Assembly (NCBI GenBank): GCA_964391315.1
Contig: CAYMJR010000004.1
Span: forward strand, 10,261 to 74,260
Source of the DNA: an uncultured Gammaproteobacteria bacterium
Lineage (GTDB): Bacteria; Patescibacteriota; Microgenomatia; Levybacterales; UBA12049
Direction: 5' to 3'
DNA: 64,000 bases
Position numbers and translations under genes: made by a program. Of this stretch, positions 57,703 through 64,000 are shown in pieces. How positions within the stretch are numbered: position 1 is the stretch's first letter; the number at the start of each line of letters is the position of its first letter. Below the pieces are notes generated by a model. It did not search any database. It saw nothing but the letters and a program-made list of their open reading frames with translations, and was not told where the DNA came from.

Positions 57703-57905
57703 CCTGAGAGTTATCCACAAGTATATCAAACTATATCATTTTATTATAAGACTTTATTATGGGACTCTCCTTCCCTCTCCTCTATCTGTAGTTGTTAATA
57801 AATTTTCTGAAGCAAATATTCAAATGTTTAACAAATATTTTATATTACTTTGCCCTATGAAGACTTTTGATATTTCTGATACTTCTAATACCCTTCATAA
57901 GCCCC

Positions 57906-58772
57906 CTACTTCCCCCATGAAGTAAAAAGAATTAACACAAAAAAAGTAATACAGCTCACCCATACATATTCCCACAAAATCCCTTTAAAAAGTCTTCTTT
58001 CAAACCATATATGAGAAAGCCCGACAATCGTATAGAAAAAACCTGTCAAAAAAAGAGCAATGACAGTCGGACTGCTTGGCCAAAACCATAACAGTGTTGC
58101 TACTTCGACGAGACATGCCGTAAGTGTTAAAATCCATGTTTGAATATTTGGTATTGTTTTTTGTAAATTGTATGTCCATAACGATCCAGATACTAAGAAA
58201 TAGGTATAGAGAAGAACAAATGGGATGAGAAAAAAGACATTGATGTGAAATGTATAGACAATATTTGTTAAAAAGAAATATGAGATAAGAGTAATAACAA
58301 AAGACACAATGCGCGCTCCTGAAAGCAGTGCAATTGTCCGCATCGAAGAGACAACCAAAATATTTTGGCTTAAAAATAATGAATATAATCCGAATGCATA
58401 AACAGCAGTTAAAATAATTCTTGAAATAAAAAGTGTTGGTGTAAGAAAATAAAATAAGCCGAAAGCTAAACTATAAAAAAATGGCAAAATAAAACTTTGA
58501 TATGCTTTATTCTCTTTGACATCGGAATGGATTGCCCAAAAAAGAAAAAAATTTGTTAATGCAGAAAGGATAAAAACAGTAATAATTCCCGATTTTGTGA
58601 ATTGTAAATTTTCAAGCTCAGCAAGAAAAATACCTAAAGACAAAATAATGACCGCGGCAACGAACTTCTGTCTTTTATCGATTGAAAATAAGCGTATTCC
58701 CCTCTTCCCCCGTTTGTTCGAAAATAGACGTGAAAATCGTGATGTGAAACCGTTGGTACTTTGTTTACTCAT
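57906..58772 (-). CDS. Polytopic integral membrane protein, unknown function
   Basis: 288 aa, a basic N-terminus then ~8 TM helices. It lies downstream of yebC on the same strand. Confidence 0.5.
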   Translation of the reverse strand: MSKQSTNGFTSRFSRLFSNKRGKRGIRLFSIDKRQKFVAAVIILSLGIFLAELENLQFTKSGIITVFILSALTNFFLFWAIHSDVKENKAYQSFILPFFYSLAFGLFYFLTPTLFISRIILTAVYAFGLYSLFLSQNILVVSSMRTIALLSGARIVSFVITLISYFFLTNIVYTFHINVFFLIPFVLLYTYFLVSGSLWTYNLQKTIPNIQTWILTLTACLVEVATLLWFWPSSPTVIALFLTGFFYTIVGLSHIWFERRLFKGILWEYVWVSCITFFVLILFTSWGK

Positions 58773-58785
58773 TCTCCGTAGTGTT

Positions 58786-59526
58786 TTACATTACCTCTTC
58801 TGGAATATCAAAATTTGCGTAGACTTTTTGTACATCATCAAGATCTTCTAATTTTTCAAGAAAACCAAGAGCTTTTTCAGCAACAGCTTTATCTGAAATC
58901 GTACTTATTACTATAGGCTTCCAAGTGAGTTCTGCTGCTTTAATAGTAAGTCCTTGCTCTATTAAAGTATTGCGTACTCGAGCAAGATCCTCCGGTAATG
59001 TATAAACCAATACTTCATCTCCTGCCTCTTCTACATCTTCTGCACCATTATCCGCTGCAGTAAGAAAAATATCATCAATACTTTTATCTCCCTTTTCAAC
59101 TGAAATCATTCCTTTCTTTTCAAATTGATATTGAACACTTCCCTGATTACCCATATTGCCACCATTTTTATCAAAAACATTTTTAACTTCTGCAACTGTT
59201 CTCTGCTTATTATCAGTAAGTGACTCAACAATAACACTAAATCCTCCAGGACCAAAACCTTCATACAATCCTTCTTCAAGATTTGCTCCTTCTTTTCCGG
59301 CCGCCCGTGAAATTGCTCGTTCAATATTTTCTTTTGGCATGTTTGCTGCACGTGCAGCCTCAACAGCAAGTCGAAGTCTAAAATTACCTTCCGGATCTGC
59401 TACTCCCCCACCCTGCTGAACAGCGATGGTAATAGCTTTTGAAAGCTTAGTAAATAACATGCCTCTTTTAACATCATTGGCACCTTTTTGTCGTTTAATT
59501 GTTGCCCATTTCGAATGACCAGACAT
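58786..59526 (-). CDS. yebC: YebC/PmpR-family transcriptional regulator
   Basis: MSGHSKWATIKRQKGANDVKRG...FTKL is the hallmark N-terminus. The 246-aa size is typical. Confidence 0.9.
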   Translation of the reverse strand: MSGHSKWATIKRQKGANDVKRGMLFTKLSKAITIAVQQGGGVADPEGNFRLRLAVEAARAANMPKENIERAISRAAGKEGANLEEGLYEGFGPGGFSVIVESLTDNKQRTVAEVKNVFDKNGGNMGNQGSVQYQFEKKGMISVEKGDKSIDDIFLTAADNGAEDVEEAGDEVLVYTLPEDLARVRNTLIEQGLTIKAAELTWKPIVISTISDKAVAEKALGFLEKLEDLDDVQKVYANFDIPEEVM

Positions 59527-59597
59527 AGCCTCTATTATACCTCTTCTCTCTTGACTTTTGCAATAAATATTAGTAAAATTTCACTCAACCGTTTTGC

Positions 59598-60251
59598 ATG
59601 ACAGTACTTAAATCTCAAGCTATTCAAACTGCCTTAGTCGGAGATTGGACCAACGCAATTGCCCTCAATCAACAGATCCTTGAAGAAGATCCTAATGATA
59701 TTGATACCCTTAATCGATTAGCGTTTGCATTCTTAAGCCTTGGACAGCCCAAAGACGCAAAGACACTCTATGAAAAAGTTTTGGAGCTTGATATGCAAAA
59801 TCCAATCGCTATCCGCAATTTAAAAAGACTTAATGACGCAAGAGCTCTGAGAGTTAATATGCCTTTGAACAATTTCTTTATTGAAGAACCAGGTAAAACA
59901 AAAGTCATTGAATTACTTAACGTCGCTGATAAAAAAGTTATTTCTCATTTGCGTTCTGGTGAAATGATTTTGCTTCGTATCAAACGAAATAAAATATTTG
60001 CAATTGACTCAGAGAACCAATATATTGGTATGCTTCCTGATGACATCTGTCAAAGACTTATCAAATTCATGAATGCTGGCAATCAATATGAAGCATATAT
60101 CCGTACTGTTGATAACAATCGAGCATGCATTTTTGTGAGGGAAACAAAACGAATGAAGAAATTTAGAGATCAACCTTCATTTATCTCAATGGAAAAAACC
60201 AAACTTTCCTTTAAAGCAAATCCTCATGAAGAAGAAGAAGAATCAGAATAA
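59598..60251 (+). CDS. TPR-repeat protein with unassigned C-terminal domain
   Basis: The N-terminal ~90 aa show TPR-like A/L/Y periodicity. The C-terminal half is unassigned (faint HIRAN-like look, not supportable). It has an acidic tail. Confidence 0.45.
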   Translation: MTVLKSQAIQTALVGDWTNAIALNQQILEEDPNDIDTLNRLAFAFLSLGQPKDAKTLYEKVLELDMQNPIAIRNLKRLNDARALRVNMPLNNFFIEEPGKTKVIELLNVADKKVISHLRSGEMILLRIKRNKIFAIDSENQYIGMLPDDICQRLIKFMNAGNQYEAYIRTVDNNRACIFVRETKRMKKFRDQPSFISMEKTKLSFKANPHEEEEESE

Positions 60252-60385
60252 AAGATAACCCGTTTCTTTTTTAATTCCTTTTTTGCTTTTTTTACTTCCT
60301 CAATTTTTTTCTGTTTTGATAAAGAAATCAAAGCAAGACAAACAGAGATAATCGCAATAATAATAATTACAGTCAGTAATTGCAT
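60224..60385 (-). CDS. Possible 53-aa single-TM protein (below track threshold)
   Basis: My translation is MQLLTVIIIIAIISVCLALISLSKQKKIEEVKKAKKELKKKRVIFYSDSSSSS. The ATG is 4 nt downstream of the stop of 60389..61210. The 3' end overlaps the convergent 59598..60251 by 28 nt. Confidence 0.2.
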   Translation of the reverse strand: MQLLTVIIIIAIISVCLALISLSKQKKIEEVKKAKKELKKKRVIFYSDSSSSS

Positions 60386-60388
60386 GTT

Positions 60389-61210
60389 TTATTGAAAGTT
60401 TGACGAATATTTGATGTCGCGACCAACTGTTATAACAATCGTCGCGATAGATCTTTTCTCTGTTTTAACAATCGGAAAACCGAGAATTCTTTGTAATTTT
60501 TGTAACGTATATGTCTCTGAACCAAAATACTGAATACTTGAAGATTGTTCATTAGTATGTGAAGAAGAAATAGATACGACATTACATCCTAAATTAGCAA
60601 GTGCTCTCTCTAAACGATTCGCAACCCCAGGAACACCACTAGCGTTAACAATTTGAATACTGACATTTTCTGAAAAGATCTTTTCATCTGTAAAAAAATT
60701 TTTAATCATGCGGTCATTCTTATCAATGTCACTATTAACAATTAAATCTTGTTCTTTTTGATTGGTAATTGCTGTTTTCTGTAAGTCAAAAAAAAGTCCG
60801 ATTACGTCAAAAATTGTCATGTTCGTTTTTAATGAATGATACTGTAATGCTGTTGTTCGAATAGTATCTCTCATGTCAGAGAGTGGTAGCTCAGAAGAAC
60901 TATTAATAAATGCATCTGGTAAAATTCCAAGTTCTTTTTCTAGAGATGAGGCGTCAACAGCAGTACCTTGAAGTCTAAAAAGCGTAACAGCGTCTTCTGA
61001 TGGATTAAATAAGGCAAGTTCTTCAACCCTATTTTTATGTTCTATCGAGAGAATAAATTGATTATCTTTACTAAATCTACTTTGCTTAATTAAAAAATAT
61101 GATTTTATTACCAAAGACAGGACAATAACACCAACAACAATACTTGCGTAGATAAAAAACGTTTTTATGCTCTTACTTTCATGATGACGTTGGGCAGATC
61201 GTGGCGACAT
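60389..61210 (-). CDS. Membrane-anchored LytR_C-domain protein
   Basis: A TM anchor and a C-terminal IQIVNASGVPGVANRLERALANLGCNV...IQY pattern like the LytR/CpsA/Psr C-terminal domain. Confidence 0.5.
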   Translation of the reverse strand: MSPRSAQRHHESKSIKTFFIYASIVVGVIVLSLVIKSYFLIKQSRFSKDNQFILSIEHKNRVEELALFNPSEDAVTLFRLQGTAVDASSLEKELGILPDAFINSSSELPLSDMRDTIRTTALQYHSLKTNMTIFDVIGLFFDLQKTAITNQKEQDLIVNSDIDKNDRMIKNFFTDEKIFSENVSIQIVNASGVPGVANRLERALANLGCNVVSISSSHTNEQSSSIQYFGSETYTLQKLQRILGFPIVKTEKRSIATIVITVGRDIKYSSNFQ

Positions 61211-61259
61211 GTACGTTTATTATATACTCTTTTATTTTGAAAATTCAATTTAAGTAGCT

Positions 61260-62039
61260 TTACGTGGAGAGATGAGACAATGAACTAAGTAATTGTTGAA
61301 GTTCTTCAGGTAAAGGGCTTTCAAATGAAACAGATTGCAGTGTTCTGGGATGAATAAACATAATTCGGGCAGCATGGAGAAATACTCTACTTAGTATCTG
61401 TCTATCATTACGGGCTGTTTTTCGACCTGCATACAAAAAATCTGAAAATATTGGATGACCAATATATTTGAGATGTACGCGGATTTGATGTGTTCTACCT
61501 GACTGAGGATACAATTCCACGAGAGAAAAAATTTCTTTTGTTTTTTGATATTGATAATAGTCTAAAACCTTGTAGGTAGTCTTTGATTCTCGCCCTCCGG
61601 GTAAAATTCCAAATTGTTTTCTATTCCAAGGAAGTCTTCCAACCGGAACATTTATTTCTCCTTCAGCAGGCACTTTTCCATGTGCTAACGCTTGATAGAC
61701 TTTTTTTACTTCCCGCTCCCTGAATTGTCTTTGTAGTTCAACAAAACTGGTAGGATTTTTTGCTAAAATCAAAATACCAGATGTTTCCTTATCAAGTCTA
61801 TGGACCACCCCACCTCTTAAATAGAAATCCTCTTCTGGCGTCCACCCTTCTTCACCAAACTTTTTAATATCCTTGATTCTTGATTCATCATTCTTTATTC
61901 CAATTTTTTCTTCCGCCCAATCTTGTACTGTTATTTCATCCTTTGTCGTTTCTGCACGATTAACTGTTATTCCTGCAGGTTTATCAATAACAAGTAAATC
62001 CTCATCTTCATAAAGAATTGCAATCTCCATAACATTCAC
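61260..62039 (-). CDS. RluA-family pseudouridine synthase (no S4 domain)
   Basis: The catalytic HRLDKETSGILILAKN motif, and GRTHQIRVH. Confidence 0.85.
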   Translation of the reverse strand: MNVMEIAILYEDEDLLVIDKPAGITVNRAETTKDEITVQDWAEEKIGIKNDESRIKDIKKFGEEGWTPEEDFYLRGGVVHRLDKETSGILILAKNPTSFVELQRQFREREVKKVYQALAHGKVPAEGEINVPVGRLPWNRKQFGILPGGRESKTTYKVLDYYQYQKTKEIFSLVELYPQSGRTHQIRVHLKYIGHPIFSDFLYAGRKTARNDRQILSRVFLHAARIMFIHPRTLQSVSFESPLPEELQQLLSSLSHLST

Positions 62040-62722
62040 CTCTTTTTATTAATAAACCCACTTCGCGCCTGTTTCAAAAATAAAAAGAGACTGAAAAGGA
62101 AAAATACAAAAAGGACAATACTTTCAATGCTTATCAACGTAATCTTTCCCTGTTGTCGAAGCATTGTTGCATTAATAAGAAGAACTGTCGAAAAAAACAA
62201 TAAAAAGATAATTTGAACATTGCCCTCTTTTAATTCTCTACTATTCAATTTTGGATGAACATATTTCACACAAAATATTGCAAAAATTAAATAGACAAAT
62301 GCGTTTACAAGATATGCAAGTAGTGCAAAGTTGTGGACAAGAACTGCAGAACCGATAAATCCAAATGGTAATGAAACAACAAGCGCGAGAGTAAATACAT
62401 CAAATAATCTTCCAAATGGTATTTTTTTATATTTTGCAAACAAATATAGTGTTCCTAATCCTCCTAGCAATGCACCAAAAAGAGAAAGGCCTTCAACTTT
62501 TGGAGAAAAAAATTGTAAAAATATATTTTGATTAAACATATTATTGAAAATAAAAAAGAAGAGTCGTGCAAAAAAAAGACTTACCCACATAACAATAAAA
62601 GCAATATCAAACATTTGTTCAAGAGAAATATTTTTGCGAATAAAAACATAATCATCTCGAACTAATTTATAGATGTAATAAAGAAAAAGAATAAATGCTG
62701 GAATGAGTACAACGATTTGCAT
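62036..62722 (-). CDS. Divergent prolipoprotein diacylglyceryl transferase-like membrane protein
   Basis: It is colinear by eye with Lgt (ARLFFFIFN ~ GRIGYVLFYN; EGLSLFGALLGGLG ~ GGMSFHGGLIG). The GR-x-GNF motif is not evident. Confidence 0.4.
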   Translation of the reverse strand: MQIVVLIPAFILFLYYIYKLVRDDYVFIRKNISLEQMFDIAFIVMWVSLFFARLFFFIFNNMFNQNIFLQFFSPKVEGLSLFGALLGGLGTLYLFAKYKKIPFGRLFDVFTLALVVSLPFGFIGSAVLVHNFALLAYLVNAFVYLIFAIFCVKYVHPKLNSRELKEGNVQIIFLLFFSTVLLINATMLRQQGKITLISIESIVLFVFFLFSLFLFLKQARSGFINKKR

Positions 62723-62726
62723 AATA

Positions 62727-63989
62727 TTATTTCATAAAAATTCTTATCGCACCAAAAACTAAAAGACAAACACCCAGACCGCCAATAACCCAAGCGACAC
62801 CAATTAAATCAGCAAGTCCACCGACAAGAAGAATAGGAACTAACGCAATTGCTCCAATAATTGCATTCAAAAATCCATAAATTTTACCTCTAAATTCATC
62901 TGTTGTTTTTTCTTGAATAAGCGTGTTCGCAGGAACAAAAATAAGCGAGTTGGCAATTCCGAGAAGAAATGCCAGAACAGCAATAATATGTAAAATAGTA
63001 ATATCAAAGATATGGGGTAGATATTGATTAAGTATATGGACGAAATCACGCGATGCAACTTTGGAACCATAAGGAAGAAATAACAATGCCAAACCTGAAA
63101 GTAATATTCCGACATTAATCAATTTTTCTTTTGGATGACTGTGAAAAATATTAACAAGAATTATAGCTCCAATCATCATACCCAAAGCCGCAGGAGCAAC
63201 AAAAAGAATTGGAAATGACTCAACATTAATACCTAAAACTTGTGTTGCATACCCCGGAGCAATTGCTGCCAGAATTAAAATCAAAACTTGGGCCATCGCA
63301 ATCAAAAAAAGCGATTGAGAAACTTCTTTGGTACTTAAAATAAGCTGCAATGTGTGTTTCACATCCTCGACAATATTGAGTCCGTCATAGGACAGATCTT
63401 TTTTTTCTATTTTGCCATAGGTTAATTTAATAAATGAGATAAATACCGTTCCCAATACAAGTAAAAACGCCAAAACAAACAAAGTCCTCATCGACCCAAT
63501 TAAAATGATCAGTGGTCCTGAAAGGACATAGGCAATAAGAATAGAACCAAATATACCAAGACTAAATAGCGCGTTTGCAGAAAGCAAATTTTTAGGCTTT
63601 ACAACAAGCGGAATGATAGGACTTTCAGCAGGGATAAAAAATTGAGTCAGGATAGCAACAATAAAAGCAACTGAATAAATAACAAAAAGATTTTTTAAAT
63701 AAAATGCAAGAGAAATAAGAAGGATAGCTCGTAAGATATTTGTTGCGATAAGAACGTATTTTTTGTTCCAGCGATCTACAAAAACTCCTGCAAGAGAGCC
63801 AAATAAGATTGCAGGAACGGTAAAACAAATCACAACGAATGATACTGCTGTATTTGACTGGGTTTGTTTGTAGACAATAAGAATCAAAAAAAAGTAAAAA
63901 AGATTAGCAGCAATTTGAGTAAGTACCTCACCTACCCATAGATTAAAAAATGATTTTTCAGACAGAGCACGAAGGATATTATTCTTCAT
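62727..63989 (-). CDS. MFS transporter
   Basis: 420 aa, about 12 TM helices, with FVDRWNKK resembling the MFS loop 2-3 motif. Confidence 0.75.
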   Translation of the reverse strand: MKNNILRALSEKSFFNLWVGEVLTQIAANLFYFFLILIVYKQTQSNTAVSFVVICFTVPAILFGSLAGVFVDRWNKKYVLIATNILRAILLISLAFYLKNLFVIYSVAFIVAILTQFFIPAESPIIPLVVKPKNLLSANALFSLGIFGSILIAYVLSGPLIILIGSMRTLFVLAFLLVLGTVFISFIKLTYGKIEKKDLSYDGLNIVEDVKHTLQLILSTKEVSQSLFLIAMAQVLILILAAIAPGYATQVLGINVESFPILFVAPAALGMMIGAIILVNIFHSHPKEKLINVGILLSGLALLFLPYGSKVASRDFVHILNQYLPHIFDITILHIIAVLAFLLGIANSLIFVPANTLIQEKTTDEFRGKIYGFLNAIIGAIALVPILLVGGLADLIGVAWVIGGLGVCLLVFGAIRIFMK

Positions 63990-64000
63990 GATTAAGCTTA

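Larger units (their letters stand above)
56556..57905. other. 1.35-kb ORF-poor, repeat- and hairpin-rich gap between convergent genes
   Basis: No convincing ORF; the three track ORFs of 77-83 aa lack an SD, and the one I checked starts at GTG. Multiple short repeated motifs and isolated GC-rich hairpins are present (see findings). Confidence 0.7.

Noticed and set aside
57711-57719. A perfect DnaA-box consensus TTATCCACA, with DnaA-box-like TTTTCACA words at 56563-56579. This suggested oriC.
   Set aside because: By my rough estimate, about one perfect 9-mer is expected by chance in 64 kb of AT-rich DNA on two strands. No dnaA or dnaN gene is nearby. The flanking genes converge on the region, which is the opposite of the divergent pattern expected at an origin.

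Overview
This is an AT-rich, gene-dense bacterial chromosomal segment. All conserved genes are intact under the standard code. The gene style (small divergent housekeeping proteins, type IV pilus ATPases, few regulators) suggests an uncultivated small-genome lineage, possibly CPR/Patescibacteria-like; that is inference only. Blocks in order:
- pilD plus a sensor kinase (0-2.2 kb).
- A STAND NTPase, nucleotidyltransferase-like gene, GDPD and MmyB-type regulator neighbourhood with a duplicated N-terminal module (3.8-9.7 kb).
- pilC-pilT-pilB (10.1-14.2 kb).
- holB, GH130, rarA.
- gyrB-ppa-gyrA (21-26 kb) and folD.
- A T-box leader in front of a GNAT-like gene coupled to argH. Next come argG, fused to an MGS-like domain, and a guanidino-modifying-superfamily gene (27.6-32.1 kb).
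- A pyrimidine operon pyrB-carA-carB-pyrC-pyrD-(3 inserted genes)-pyrF-pyrE (34.2-45.0 kb).
- A 1117-aa secreted protein with three DUF4082-type repeats.
- An ABC-2 exporter, a SIMPL protein, a xer recombinase and a GH37 trehalase.
- A 1.35-kb ORF-poor gap, rich in repeats and hairpins, between convergent genes (56.56-57.9 kb). This is the clearest anomaly in an otherwise tightly packed window.
- A minus-strand block (yebC, LytR_C, rluA-family, lgt-like, MFS).
I found no rRNA, tRNA, CRISPR array or recognisable transposase. All functional calls come from reading the translations and motifs by eye; no database search was possible.
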